Shown here one piece after another: positions 1 through 9,790 of a DNA stretch of 57,753 bases (position 1 is the first letter of the stretch; every line of letters starts with the position of its first letter). Both the position numbers and the translations under genes were made by a program. The notes beneath the pieces are model-generated. The model made no database searches. It saw only the letters and a program-made list of their open reading frames with translations, and was not told the DNA's origin. The DNA comes from Bacillales bacterium UBA4951. Its GTDB lineage: Bacteria; Bacillota_I; Bacilli_A; RFN20; CAG-826. The stretch covers positions 1 through 57,753 of the forward strand of contig DHAP01000032.1 in NCBI GenBank assembly GCA_002397465.1, written 5' to 3'.

Positions 1-375
1 TTGGATAAGAAGATAGCCGAATACGCCATGGCAGTCACCTATGGCCGCCCATGTTTTCACGCCTCGCTCATAATGGACGTGTCGCCTAACTGCGACTGCC
101 ACAGCGAAAACGACGCCCCAATCATTCCAAACATCGGCATGCTCTGCTCTTTTGACCCTGTTGCCCTCGATCAGGCCTGCGTTGATTTATGCAACAAAGC
201 CGAAGCTCATTACTGTGAGAACTCTCAGTTAGGCGATCATCTCAAACATGGCGAAAAGATGAGCGGAAACATCTTCCTTGATAGCAACGATACCACTGAC
301 CCCGAGACCGCCTTATCGCATGGCGAGAAGATTGGTTTAGGGACGAGAGATTACGAACTTATCACGATTAAATAA
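1..375 (+). CDS. DUF362-domain protein, C-terminal fragment (5' end lies outside the window)
   Basis: The frame is open from base 1 to TAA at 373-375. The Cys-rich core VSPNCDCHSENDAPIIPNIGMLCSFDPVALDQACVDL resembles the conserved DUF362 core. Confidence 0.6.
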   Translation: MDKKIAEYAMAVTYGRPCFHASLIMDVSPNCDCHSENDAPIIPNIGMLCSFDPVALDQACVDLCNKAEAHYCENSQLGDHLKHGEKMSGNIFLDSNDTTDPETALSHGEKIGLGTRDYELITIK

Positions 376-421
376 CATTCATAGATAGCAACATTTTAGA
401 TAACGGCTATATTATTTTTAT

Positions 422-1204
422 ATGGATAAAGTCAGAAGCGTTCAAAGGATGATTGAGATTCTTCTAGAGGAAGAACCAAAACATTCTTTTTATGCCGACG
501 GAACCAGCAAAGACTATGCCATTCAAAGGAAAGTCCTCCGTGGATTGATGAATTTACGCGACCCTCTTCCGATGAATCCGGAGTTTTTGAAACTTCAGGA
601 CGAGCTGCTTCAGGAAGAACTCGAGGAAAGAGGCGTCATCAATGTCTTTTCCTTACCTGGGACATCATATCCAAAAATCGCGCTTTATCAGGGTGACATC
701 ACAAGGCTCAAAGCCGATGCGATAGTGAATGCCGCGAATAGTTCCTTGTTAGGTTGTTTTGTGCCAGGGCATAACTGCATCGACAACTGCATCCATAGCA
801 GGGCTGGGATCCAGCTCCGCGATGAGTGCCACAAATTGATGTTACGTAAAGGACACGAAGAAGAAACCGGGCGTGCCGAGATAACAAAAGGCTACAATCT
901 ACCGGCCAAATACGTCATTCATACCGTTGGGCCGATCGTTGAGACCAGACCGACGTCCAAGAACCAAAACGATTTGGCTTCCTGCTATACATCATGCCTT
1001 GATCTAGCCATCAAATATTCATGCAAGTCCATCGTCTTCCCTTGCCTATCGACCGGGGTCTTCAATTATCCGAAAAAAGAAGCGGCGGAGACGGCCATCA
1101 AGAGCGTAGACTATTACATGGTCAACCATCCAGATTGCCCAGTCGTGGTATTTGACGTTTTTTTAGACGAAGACTTCGCTGTTTATTCAAAACTTTTGGG
1201 ATAG
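422..1204 (+). CDS. Macrodomain protein, protein-ADP-ribose hydrolase type (Zn-binding subclass)
   Basis: Macro motifs DITRLKADAIVNAANSSLLG and IHTVGP are present. A Cys/His cluster GCFVPGHNCIDNCIH follows, and there is a ~70-aa helical N-terminal extension. The 260-aa length is typical of the Firmicute SirTM-operon macrodomains. Confidence 0.75.
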   Translation: MDKVRSVQRMIEILLEEEPKHSFYADGTSKDYAIQRKVLRGLMNLRDPLPMNPEFLKLQDELLQEELEERGVINVFSLPGTSYPKIALYQGDITRLKADAIVNAANSSLLGCFVPGHNCIDNCIHSRAGIQLRDECHKLMLRKGHEEETGRAEITKGYNLPAKYVIHTVGPIVETRPTSKNQNDLASCYTSCLDLAIKYSCKSIVFPCLSTGVFNYPKKEAAETAIKSVDYYMVNHPDCPVVVFDVFLDEDFAVYSKLLG

Positions 1205-1210
1205 CTTGTT

Positions 1211-2599
1211 ATGGAAAAAAAGAAAAAGATTTTTTCGGCATCGATGATGTTCATCGTCTTGATGGCCATCGTATCCCTCTTTTCGGATATGACCCACGAA
1301 GGCGCGAACTCGATGAACGGGACCTACGAGTCCTTGCTCGGCGCGAGCGACATGGTTATCTCCGTGGTCGGAGGCGTCGCCGTATTGCTTGGCTGTTCCT
1401 TAAGGATGTTCACCGGTTGGTTGGCAGACAAGACCAAGAAATATTGGCTCTTCACCATCATCGGTTATGCGATCGATCTGGTAGCGGTGCCTTTATTGGC
1501 ATTATGTCCGCGTGATGGCTGGGTTTTGGCGGTTTCCTTCATCATTCTTGAGAAGGTGGGAAAGGCCATAAAGAAGCCCGCTAAGGACACTATCGTGAGC
1601 TTCGCGGCCAAAGATAATGGCATCGGCAAGAGCTTTGCCTTCGGCGAGGTCCTCGATCAGATCGGCGCGGCTATTGGGCCGATGATTTTGACCCTTACTT
1701 ACATTATCAGAAGCGACCTCTCCGACGATTACGAGAAGATGAGACTTGGCTTCTTGGTCTTAGGAATCCCGGCGGTCATCTGCATGGTCCTTCTGATTCT
1801 TTCCTATAGCAAATTCCCGCATCCGGAAGTCTTTGAGAAAGACGATGACTCCAAAGTCAAAGACACGTCTTTCATGAAAAAGCCGGCTTTTATTTTGTTC
1901 ATCGTGGCTTCTTGTTTCTTGGCCCTTGGTTTCATGGACAGCTTCTCTCTCATCAACAAAGAGATTTACGCGGATGCCTTATTGCCGACGGACTATCTCC
2001 CTCTTCTATATAGCTACGCGATGGTGATAGACGCGATATCGGCGATGGTATTCGGTCTTTTGTATGACAAGATCGGTTTTGTTTCCATCGCCATCGCGAC
2101 TTTGCTGACCTCCACTTATACTTTCTTTATCTTCTATTTCAATGGCTTATGGTCCATCTTCCTCGGCCTCACTTTATGGGGAATTGGGATGGGCGCTGAA
2201 GAAAGCGTCATGAAGAGCGGAATCACCACCCTTTCAGGCAAGAACGAGAGGGCTCGGGCCTTTGGAACCTATGAGCTCTTCTATGGTGTGTTCGTCTTTG
2301 CCGGATCCTTCCTTACTGGCTGGCTTTATACCTCATCAAGACTTGCTTTATCGTTATTATCAACCATCTCGATATTAGTCGGCACGGTCATCTATTTCAT
2401 CTCTGACAAGTATCGGAAGAACGATGATAAGAACGGACCGTCCAATGGCCAAGTAGCCATTGATGAAGTCGAGAAGATGAACTCCCAGGGCTTCAAGAGC
2501 GAGGCCATGGCCAAGCTTGAGGAGACAAAGCGAAAAGGGCTCCTCAGCGACAGCGTCTACAACCATGAAAAAGAACTCATCAACAAAGAAATTGTTTGA
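1211..2599 (+). CDS. MFS-type transporter with a hydrophilic C-terminal tail
   Basis: About 12 hydrophobic segments fall in two halves separated by a charged loop (FEKDDDSKVKD). The start lies 7 nt after the macro gene stop. The last ~60 aa are hydrophilic. Confidence 0.6.
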   Translation: MEKKKKIFSASMMFIVLMAIVSLFSDMTHEGANSMNGTYESLLGASDMVISVVGGVAVLLGCSLRMFTGWLADKTKKYWLFTIIGYAIDLVAVPLLALCPRDGWVLAVSFIILEKVGKAIKKPAKDTIVSFAAKDNGIGKSFAFGEVLDQIGAAIGPMILTLTYIIRSDLSDDYEKMRLGFLVLGIPAVICMVLLILSYSKFPHPEVFEKDDDSKVKDTSFMKKPAFILFIVASCFLALGFMDSFSLINKEIYADALLPTDYLPLLYSYAMVIDAISAMVFGLLYDKIGFVSIAIATLLTSTYTFFIFYFNGLWSIFLGLTLWGIGMGAEESVMKSGITTLSGKNERARAFGTYELFYGVFVFAGSFLTGWLYTSSRLALSLLSTISILVGTVIYFISDKYRKNDDKNGPSNGQVAIDEVEKMNSQGFKSEAMAKLEETKRKGLLSDSVYNHEKELINKEIV

Positions 2600-2659
2600 G
2601 CGTGCCTTTTGAATTGGCCGTTAACTAAGATAAACTATCCATAAGGAAGAATAGTTTTT

Positions 2660-3553
2660 ATGAACGAAACAACTTTATCGCCGGCGCTTCTTAAACAAGC
2701 CCTCAAAAGCGAGCAGGACGAGATAAACGGGTCTGCCCTTTATGAGTTCATGGCGAAACGCGAAGAGAAGAAACATCCGGAGAACGCCAAAATCCTCCAT
2801 CAGATGTCTCTCGATGAGAAGAAACACTACGGAATGTGGGCTTCTTTGACCAAAAAGAAGAAACAGGCCCATATTTTCCTCAACAAGATCGTCACCGTGA
2901 TCATGGGTTTTACCTTCGTCGTCAAATGGATGCAGAAGGGTGAGAAGCTCGGACAGAAGCAATATGAGGAGCTTCAGAAGGAAGTTCCCGAAGCCGCCAG
3001 CATGCTAGAGGACGAGAGAAGACACGAAAAAGAACTCTACGCGATGCTCGATGAAGAAAGGCTGCATTATGTGGGGGCTATGGTTTTGGGCCTCAACGAT
3101 GCCCTCGTGGAGCTGACAGGAACCATAACAGGCGTCACTTTCTCGGTCAAAGACCCACGTTACATCGCCTTGACTGGCATCATCACCGGCGTGGCCGCCA
3201 CTTTGTCGATGATGGCCTCCAACTATTTGGCTGAATCTTCGCAAGGCCATAAAGACGCCTTAAAGAGTTCCTTATACACCGGTGGTGCTTATCTAATCAC
3301 GGTCGCCTTGCTGGTCTTGCCATATATTTGTTTCATCCCGACTGGCGACCCGAACGCCTACATCTACGCTTTCTGCATCATGATCGCCATCGTGATACTT
3401 GAGATCGCCTTCTTCAATTTCTATATCGGCGTCGCCCAAGAGAAGCCTTTCTGGAAGCATTTCCTTCTTATGGCCTCGATTTCCATCGGCGTGGCCGCGA
3501 TCAGCTACGGCATCGGTTTATTGGCCAATATGCTCCTTGGCGTGAACGTCTAA
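2660..3553 (+). CDS. Ferritin-like / VIT1(CCC1)-family iron-manganese transporter fusion
   Basis: The N-terminal half has ferritin/rubrerythrin-like ExxH pairs (DEKKHY, DERRHEKELY). The C-terminal half has VIT1 motifs (GLNDALVELTG, hydrophobic helices). Confidence 0.75.
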   Translation: MNETTLSPALLKQALKSEQDEINGSALYEFMAKREEKKHPENAKILHQMSLDEKKHYGMWASLTKKKKQAHIFLNKIVTVIMGFTFVVKWMQKGEKLGQKQYEELQKEVPEAASMLEDERRHEKELYAMLDEERLHYVGAMVLGLNDALVELTGTITGVTFSVKDPRYIALTGIITGVAATLSMMASNYLAESSQGHKDALKSSLYTGGAYLITVALLVLPYICFIPTGDPNAYIYAFCIMIAIVILEIAFFNFYIGVAQEKPFWKHFLLMASISIGVAAISYGIGLLANMLLGVNV

Positions 3554-3614
3554 AAAGAACGATCGCCTGAAGGCTGTTGGCTCAGTGGGCCGCTCCATTA
3601 TGTTTCAAAAGAAG

Positions 3615-3640
3615 TAAAAAAGAACCGGGGTCCCCGGTTC
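3615..3640. terminator. Bidirectional intrinsic terminator between the convergent VIT1 and fur-family genes
   Basis: An A-run (3615-3621) is followed by the perfect stem GAACCGGGG/CCCCGGTTC (3622-3640). On the minus strand the hairpin is followed by TTTTTT. It overlaps the fur-family stop codon. Confidence 0.75.
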
Positions 3641-4041
3641 TAGTTGTTCTTCAGTTTGCTTTTGCAGTCGGCGCACGTTCCGTGGACGATGATGCTTTGG
3701 ATCGATTGGATCGTGAAGCCTTTTTCCTCGAAGACTTTCTTTATGAGTTCTTCGTTATAGTCGACGTCGAATATCTTGCCACATGTGTCGCAGACAAAGT
3801 GGACGTGCCCGCCTTTTGAATAGTCGTAATGGACCTTGCCATTCGTCTTGATGGAGATGACTTCTCCTTCTTTTTCGTAGCCGTCCAATATCCTATAAAC
3901 GGAGGTGAGTCCGATATGGAACCCGGTTTTCAAGGCTTCCTGGTAGATGTCACTCGCGGTGGGGTGAGTGGTGGTTCTCTTCAGATAGTTGATGACGTAG
4001 GCTTTCTGATTAGTGTGTCTCAGAGTCTTGCTATTTGACAT
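3640..4041 (-). CDS. Fur-family metalloregulator (Fur/PerR/Zur type)
   Basis: A winged-helix N-terminus is followed by HxH-like HVHFVCDTCGK and a C-terminal CADC (CxxC...CxxC Zn site). GGAGG lies at 4047-4051, 5 nt upstream of the ATG at 4041, so I prefer this start over the TTG at 4053 in the ORF track. Confidence 0.8.
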   Translation of the reverse strand: MSNSKTLRHTNQKAYVINYLKRTTTHPTASDIYQEALKTGFHIGLTSVYRILDGYEKEGEVISIKTNGKVHYDYSKGGHVHFVCDTCGKIFDVDYNEELIKKVFEEKGFTIQSIQSIIVHGTCADCKSKLKNN

Positions 4042-4159
4042 GGTGACCTCCAATATCCGTTAGGCCCACTGGCGATGGAGTGTCTAAAGGCATGCAAATT
4101 TACGTTTCCAATTGTAATAACTCAATAGGCTTTTTTAAAGGGAAAGGCTCTAGTTGGAC

Positions 4160-4187
4160 AAAAAAGAGGCACCCTTTCGGATGCCTC
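4160..4187 (-). terminator. Intrinsic terminator of ppdK
   Basis: The minus-strand hairpin GAGGCA...TGCCTC is followed by TTTTTT (the complement of the A-run at 4160-4165). It lies 15 nt after the ppdK stop. Confidence 0.7.
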
Positions 4188-4201
4188 AGTTTAGCGAAAG
4201 G

Positions 4202-6850
4202 CTATTTCCTTCTCTCTTTGAGAATGTTCGCCTGAGCGGCGGCAAGTCTCGCAAGAGGGACACGGAACGGCGAGCAGCTGACATAGTCGAGTCCGACATT
4301 GTCATAGAACTCGATGGAGGCTGGGTCTCCGCCAGTCTCGCCGCAGACACCGATCACGATGTCCGGACGGGTGGCACGTCCACGCTCGACCGCGATCTTG
4401 ACGAGTTCGCCGACGCCATCCTTGTCGATGGTCTGGAACGGATCGAACTCATAGATCTTCTTCTCGTAGTAGTAAGGCAAGAACTGGCCGGAGTCATCAC
4501 GGGAGAATCCCATGGTGAGCTGGGTCAAGTCATTGGTTCCGAAGCTGAAGAACTCGGAATCTTTGGCAAGGTTGCCAGCCTGTAAAGCGCCTCTTGGGAC
4601 CTCGATCATGGTTCCGACGTGGTACTTAAGGGCGTGGCCCTCTTTCTTCATCTCGCCTTCGACGGCCTCAACGACGACTTGCTTGGCATAGCGAAGCTCT
4701 TTCTCTTCGCCAGTGAGCGGGATCATGATCTCCGGCTCAACGTCATGGCCAAGGTCTTTGCTGGCCTTTAAGGCAGCTTGGATGATGGCAGTGGCCTGCA
4801 TGCGGTAGATTTCCGGATAGGCGACGCAGAGACGAACTCCGCGGAAGCCCATCATCGGGTTGGCCTGATGCAACTGGTTGATACGATCGCGGACTTTCTG
4901 CTCGGTGACTCCAAGGGCTTTGGCGATGCCGGAGATCTTGTCATCCTCGTGGATGTCCGGTAAGAATTCGTGGAGAGGTGGGTCAAGCAAACGGATGTTG
5001 ACGTTGAACTCAGGGCAGGACATATACATGGCATAGAAGTCATTGACCTGGTATGGCCTGAGTCTCTCAAGGGCGGCTTCACGCTGCTCGGTTGTGTCGG
5101 AGAGAATCATCGAACGCATATTGAGAATACGGTCTTCGGCGAAGAACATACGCTCAGTGCGGCAGAGACCAATGCCCTCGGCGCCGAACTTGGCGGCGTT
5201 CTCAGCATCGGTAGGAGTATTGCAGTTGGCACGGATCTTGAGTCTTCTGTATTTGTCGGCCCAAGCCATCATGCGGCCAAAGTCGCCGCCTAAATCGGCT
5301 TCGCAGGTCGCGATGGATCCTTCGTAGACGTCACCGGTGTTGCCGTTGACGGAGACGACGTCACCGTCGTTGTAGACCTTGCCATTGATGGTCATGGTCT
5401 TCTTCTCTTCGTCGATGATGGCGCCAGAGCAGCCGGCAGTGCAGCACTTGCCCATTGAACGGGCGACGACGGCTGCGTGCGAGGTCATACCGCCACGGGC
5501 GGTGATGATGGCTTCGGCGTTGACCATGCCGATGATGTCCTCAGGGGAGGTCTCGCTGCGGGCGAGAACGACCTTGATTCCCTTATCGTGCTTTTCCTTG
5601 GCTTCCTCGGCTGTGAAGACGAGGTGTCCGGTGCCAGCACCCGGGGAGGCCGGAAGTCCGGTGATGATCGGGGTGTGTTTCTTTAAATCAGCAGGATCGA
5701 ATGTCGGGTGGAGCAAGTCATTGAGCTGTTTTGGCTCAACGCGTAATGTCGCTTCCTTCTCGTCGATAAGTCCCTCATCGACAAGGTCGCATGCGATCTT
5801 GAGGGCGGCGCGGGCCGTTCTCTTGCCGTTGCGGGTCTGCAAGAAGTAGAGTTTGCCTTTTTCGACGGTGTACTCCATATCCTGCATATCGTGGAAGTAG
5901 TTCTCCATGCGCTTGATGGTCTCGATGAACTGCTCGTAGACTTTTGGCATACGGGTCTTTAACTCATCGATATGAAGCGGGGTGCGAACGCCGGCGACGA
6001 CGTCTTCGCCCTGGGCGTTTGGAAGGAATTCAGCGTAGATCTCTTTTTCGCCGGTCGATGGGTTGCGGGAGAAAGCGACACCAGTGCCGCTGTCTTCGCC
6101 CATGTTGCCGAAGACCATCGTCTGAACGTTGACGGCGGTGCCCCATTCATATGGGATGCCGTTCATCTGACGGTAGACGTTGGCGCGTGGGTTGTCCCAG
6201 CTTCTGAAGACGGCTGCGACAGCCTCTTTGAGCTGAAGGTATGGATCGGTCGGGAAATCCTCGCCGAAGACTTTCTTGTAGTAGGCTTTGTAAGCTTTGA
6301 CGAGCTCTTTGAGCTGGGCGGTCGTAACCTCGGTGTCAAGCTTGTAGCCGTTTTCGGTCTTGAGGGTATCGAGCATCTTGTCCATGTCGGTTCTCGGATG
6401 TCCTTTGGCGATGTTGGTGAACATCAGGATGAAACGACGATAGGAGTCATAGGCAAATCTCTCATTGCCGGTGACTCTGGCGAGAGCCTCGACGGTCACA
6501 TCGTTTAAGCCAAGGTTCAAGATGGTGTCCATCATGCCTGGCATGGACTGTCTGGCGCCAGAACGGACGGAGACGAGCAACGGGTTGCCGGTTCCACCGA
6601 ATTCCTTGCCATCGACTTTTTCGACTTCGTGAAGATGTTTCACGATGTCATTCCAGACTGAATCAGGAATCATCTTTCCGGATTCGTAGTAAAGAGTGCA
6701 GGCTTCAGTAGTGATGGTAAAACCAGCTGGGATGTTGACACCCGCGGCAGTCATCTCACAGAGACCTGCGCCTTTGCCTCCGAGAATGTCCTTGCCGAGC
6801 TTAGCGGCATGGCCTTCCTTGAAGGAGTAGACGTATTTCTTTTCTGACAT
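4202..6850 (-). CDS. ppdK: Pyruvate, phosphate dikinase
   Basis: 882 aa. It has an ATP-grasp N-terminus (GGKGAGLCEM), the phospho-His swivel motif GGMTSHAAVVAR, and a PEP/pyruvate TIM domain (FFSFGTNDLTQ, GVCGE). Confidence 0.95.
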   Translation of the reverse strand: MSEKKYVYSFKEGHAAKLGKDILGGKGAGLCEMTAAGVNIPAGFTITTEACTLYYESGKMIPDSVWNDIVKHLHEVEKVDGKEFGGTGNPLLVSVRSGARQSMPGMMDTILNLGLNDVTVEALARVTGNERFAYDSYRRFILMFTNIAKGHPRTDMDKMLDTLKTENGYKLDTEVTTAQLKELVKAYKAYYKKVFGEDFPTDPYLQLKEAVAAVFRSWDNPRANVYRQMNGIPYEWGTAVNVQTMVFGNMGEDSGTGVAFSRNPSTGEKEIYAEFLPNAQGEDVVAGVRTPLHIDELKTRMPKVYEQFIETIKRMENYFHDMQDMEYTVEKGKLYFLQTRNGKRTARAALKIACDLVDEGLIDEKEATLRVEPKQLNDLLHPTFDPADLKKHTPIITGLPASPGAGTGHLVFTAEEAKEKHDKGIKVVLARSETSPEDIIGMVNAEAIITARGGMTSHAAVVARSMGKCCTAGCSGAIIDEEKKTMTINGKVYNDGDVVSVNGNTGDVYEGSIATCEADLGGDFGRMMAWADKYRRLKIRANCNTPTDAENAAKFGAEGIGLCRTERMFFAEDRILNMRSMILSDTTEQREAALERLRPYQVNDFYAMYMSCPEFNVNIRLLDPPLHEFLPDIHEDDKISGIAKALGVTEQKVRDRINQLHQANPMMGFRGVRLCVAYPEIYRMQATAIIQAALKASKDLGHDVEPEIMIPLTGEEKELRYAKQVVVEAVEGEMKKEGHALKYHVGTMIEVPRGALQAGNLAKDSEFFSFGTNDLTQLTMGFSRDDSGQFLPYYYEKKIYEFDPFQTIDKDGVGELVKIAVERGRATRPDIVIGVCGETGGDPASIEFYDNVGLDYVSCSPFRVPLARLAAAQANILKERRK

Positions 6851-7027
6851 GTTGTCCTCCTATGACAATCATTTCGGATATGCCACGCATATCCTGACGT
6901 AGAAACTATATCACGGGTAAATTCTTCTTAGAAGAAGAACACCAAAGTAATGCTGATTTTGCTAGTGGGGATGACACCCATGATTTTGCTCCGTTACGAT
7001 GTTTACGATTGATGGTAAAATGTAAAT

Positions 7028-7822
7028 ATGCCAAACAAAACAATCCTTTGCCCGGATAAGATTCATTCCGTTGAGCTCATCGCTCCTAAAACATATCGCA
7101 TAGACGAAGCAGGAATTGCCAACTGTTATCTCCTGATAGGCGACAAAAAAGCCTTGTTGATCGATAGCGGCAACGGGGCTGGCAATCTTCTCGAAACCGT
7201 CCAAGCCCTGACGGACCTTCCAGTCGAATTGGTCCTCACGCATAGGCACTGCGACCACGCCGGGGGACGCAACAACTTCAAAGAGTACGGCTTTCACAAA
7301 AACGATAATCATCTGGTATATCGTATCGAAAGCAGCAAACTTGCCTCCAAATCCCTCTGCAAAGGGACTGGACGTGACTTCGTTTACACAAAAAAGCCGT
7401 TTAAGGCCAAGAAACGTCTATTTAAGGACACTGACATTTTCGAACTAGGTGGACGAATCGTTAGACTCATGAACGTGCCGGGGCACACCAAAGGCTCGGT
7501 GGTCTTTCTCGATGAGTCGACCCACTTGATGTTCACCGGCGATGACGTCAATTATTGGTTATGGCTTCAATTACCTGGCTGCACCAGCGTCAAAGAATGG
7601 CTTCCAGGCGCCAAAAAGATCCTTTCGATGATGGACGAATATAAGGCCTATTGCGGCCATAACGACGGCTATATCAGCAAAGAGATGGTCGAGGAGCTGA
7701 TAAAACGCGGCGAAGAGATACTAGCCGGCAAAAAAGGAACGCCGATCGGACATGGCGTCCTTTCATATCCTGACAACAATTTCCAAGACCATTCGGTCAT
7801 TTGGTACAAGAAGGTTCAGTAA
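7028..7822 (+). CDS. MBL-fold metallo-hydrolase
   Basis: The HxHxDH motif is present (LTHRHCDHAGG), as is the downstream His (VPGHTKGS). Confidence 0.75.
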   Translation: MPNKTILCPDKIHSVELIAPKTYRIDEAGIANCYLLIGDKKALLIDSGNGAGNLLETVQALTDLPVELVLTHRHCDHAGGRNNFKEYGFHKNDNHLVYRIESSKLASKSLCKGTGRDFVYTKKPFKAKKRLFKDTDIFELGGRIVRLMNVPGHTKGSVVFLDESTHLMFTGDDVNYWLWLQLPGCTSVKEWLPGAKKILSMMDEYKAYCGHNDGYISKEMVEELIKRGEEILAGKKGTPIGHGVLSYPDNNFQDHSVIWYKKVQ

Positions 7823-7846
7823 AAAAAAGAAAGTCCCCGAAGGGAC
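7821..7846 (-). terminator. Intrinsic terminator of the heptose operon (shared with the convergent MBL gene)
   Basis: The hairpin GTCCC-CGAA-GGGAC (7833-7846) is followed on the minus strand by TTTCTTTTTTTT. Confidence 0.65.
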
Positions 7847-7850
7847 AATC

Positions 7851-8459
7851 TCATTTGTTTATTTTGTAGACGGGATTTTTGCCTTCCCGTTTTTCAAGAT
7901 ACTTCCAGAAGATCTGCATGATCATGTGGTCGAAGCCCATGTGAAGGTCCTCGGTTATCTGCATGTCATCAGCAGGCACATGTAGGTGATAATCGCTCAT
8001 TTTGTCGAGCTTCCCGCCATCATAACCCGTCATGCCCATAATCTCGCATCCGACTTTTTTGGCATATTCGACGGCCTTGATGACGTTGTGGGAATTGCCA
8101 GAGCCGGATATCGCTAGGACAAGGTCTTCTTTCTTAAGCTTGTTCTCAAGCTGGTAATAGAAGACGTCATCGAATGAGACGTCGTTGGCTAAAGCCATCA
8201 TCGTCGGGATGTTGTCGTTGAGGCAGATGAAACGGAAACGCTTCTCGACGTTGTAGCAGGTGCCTTTGTTGAAGTCGCAGACCATGTGTGAGGCGGTCGC
8301 GGAACTGCCCCCGTTCCCAAAGACATAGATGTTGGTCTCTTTTTCGTAATGCTCGAGAAGGGCGTTCATGGCTTTGTTAAGCTCATCGGCGTCGAGCTCT
8401 TCGATGACCTTGATCTCTCGGGCGTAATATTCTTTGATTTCGTTTTTGAAGTCGATCAT
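7851..8459 (-). CDS. gmhA: D-sedoheptulose-7-phosphate isomerase (SIS domain)
   Basis: SIS motifs VFGNGGSSATASHMVCDF and AISGSGNS are present. It is the last gene of the heptose operon. Confidence 0.8.
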   Translation of the reverse strand: MIDFKNEIKEYYAREIKVIEELDADELNKAMNALLEHYEKETNIYVFGNGGSSATASHMVCDFNKGTCYNVEKRFRFICLNDNIPTMMALANDVSFDDVFYYQLENKLKKEDLVLAISGSGNSHNVIKAVEYAKKVGCEIMGMTGYDGGKLDKMSDYHLHVPADDMQITEDLHMGFDHMIMQIFWKYLEKREGKNPVYKINK

Positions 8460-8486
8460 TGTGGTTCTCTCCTTGGCTATTTTAGG

Positions 8487-9788
8487 CTATTTGGCGTTCA
8501 AGATGGTGGAAATAGCATCGTAAAGAGAAGACGAGGTGAATGTTTCCTGGGCTTCTTTGAACTTTTTCTCGGGATGCGGGTCTCCACATGTGAGGAGAAC
8601 GGTTTGGCATCCGGCGTTGATGCCAGTCTGGACGTCTTGCTTGGTGTCGCCGATCATCCAGGACTTCGAAAAGTCGATGTTATAACGTTTTTGGGCCTTG
8701 AGAAGCATCCCGATTTTCGGTTTGCGGCAGTCACAATCGATCTTTAATTCTTTCACTTCGCCCGGGAAGCCTTTGTCTGGGTGGTGGGGGCAGAAGAACA
8801 AGTCATTAAGATAGGCTCCCTCTTTTCCTAAGAGATCCTCCATCTTGTTATGGATGTTCTTGAGCTCTTCGAAAGTGGTTTCGCCCCTAGCGACGACTGG
8901 CTGGTTGGTGACGCATATCGCGATGTATGAAGACTCATTGATGAGCTTGATGGCTTTTGCGGCGTCGGGATTAAGGAAGAGCTTGTCGCTCGAGGTCACG
9001 AAATCGCCGAATTTGTTGATCGTGCCGTCTCTATCGAGGAAGATGCAACGTTGCTTGTTCCGGAGGTTCTTCATGCTGACGATGCCGTTTTTGCTATCTT
9101 CGTTGACGGAGAGATAACGTTCAGGCGTCCCGCAGTCCTTCACGTATTCGCTTGAACGGTAGGCATAAGCCTCGCCCTTCTTGACGTATAAGGATAAGAC
9201 ATCCTTCTCAAAGTCCATTTTGATAGGCGAAGGGACGCTTGATAAGACTTCTTTGCTGACGACATAGACCCCGGCGTTGACGAGGTTCTCGTAGTAGTAA
9301 TCCCTGACGTTGTGCTTGCTGTCGACGCCGGTAATTCTATCGTCGGAATCAGATAGAAGAAGATCGCTGTCGAAGGGGTGGCTGTTCGGGTGGGCGAACG
9401 CGCTGATCATGGCCTTCTTTTCCTTATGGAAGGCGACGAATCTCGTGAAGTCGATGTCGAGCATCAAGTCGCCGAACAAAAGGATGAAATCCTCATTGAA
9501 ACGTTTCTTGAACAAAGATAAAGCCCCGGCGGTGCCTAAAGGCTCCTCTTCCTTTATATAGGAGATACGGACGCCAAACTTCGTCCCATCACCAAAATAA
9601 TTTTCGATTGGCCCTCCGTTCTTGGAGATGACGATCACGATGTCTTTGACGTCTGAGGCTTTCAAAGAATCGATCTGATGTTCAAGAATCGGCTTGCCGT
9701 TGATCAAAACCATCGGCTTCGGCAAAGAGTCGCCGGTGATGGATTTAAGTCTTGTTCCGGCTCCGCCGGCTTGGATGAGGGCAATCAT
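8487..9788 (-). CDS. Bifunctional heptose-1-phosphate nucleotidyl(guanylyl)transferase / D-glycero-D-manno-heptose-1,7-bisphosphate phosphatase (HddC-GmhB fusion)
   Basis: The N-terminus has GGAGTRLKSIT...PKPMV...EEPLGTAGAL (sugar-1-P nucleotidyltransferase). The C-terminus is a HAD phosphatase with FLDRDGTIN, VTNQP, the Zn loop CPHHP...CDCRKPK and GDTKQD (GmhB signature). Confidence 0.8.
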   Translation of the reverse strand: MIALIQAGGAGTRLKSITGDSLPKPMVLINGKPILEHQIDSLKASDVKDIVIVISKNGGPIENYFGDGTKFGVRISYIKEEEPLGTAGALSLFKKRFNEDFILLFGDLMLDIDFTRFVAFHKEKKAMISAFAHPNSHPFDSDLLLSDSDDRITGVDSKHNVRDYYYENLVNAGVYVVSKEVLSSVPSPIKMDFEKDVLSLYVKKGEAYAYRSSEYVKDCGTPERYLSVNEDSKNGIVSMKNLRNKQRCIFLDRDGTINKFGDFVTSSDKLFLNPDAAKAIKLINESSYIAICVTNQPVVARGETTFEELKNIHNKMEDLLGKEGAYLNDLFFCPHHPDKGFPGEVKELKIDCDCRKPKIGMLLKAQKRYNIDFSKSWMIGDTKQDVQTGINAGCQTVLLTCGDPHPEKKFKEAQETFTSSSLYDAISTILNAK

Positions 9789-9790
9789 GC

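Noticed and set aside
2629-2639. GATAA-A-CTATC upstream of the VIT1 gene considered as a Fur box for the neighbouring Fur-family regulator.
   Set aside because: It is only a 5-1-5 imperfect repeat and does not fit the 7-1-7 TGATAATNATTATCA consensus. It is too weak to call.
5379-6508. 156-aa and 178-aa plus-strand ORFs inside ppdK.
   Set aside because: They are antisense shadows of the 882-aa ppdK frame, which carries all PPDK motifs. No independent signals are present.
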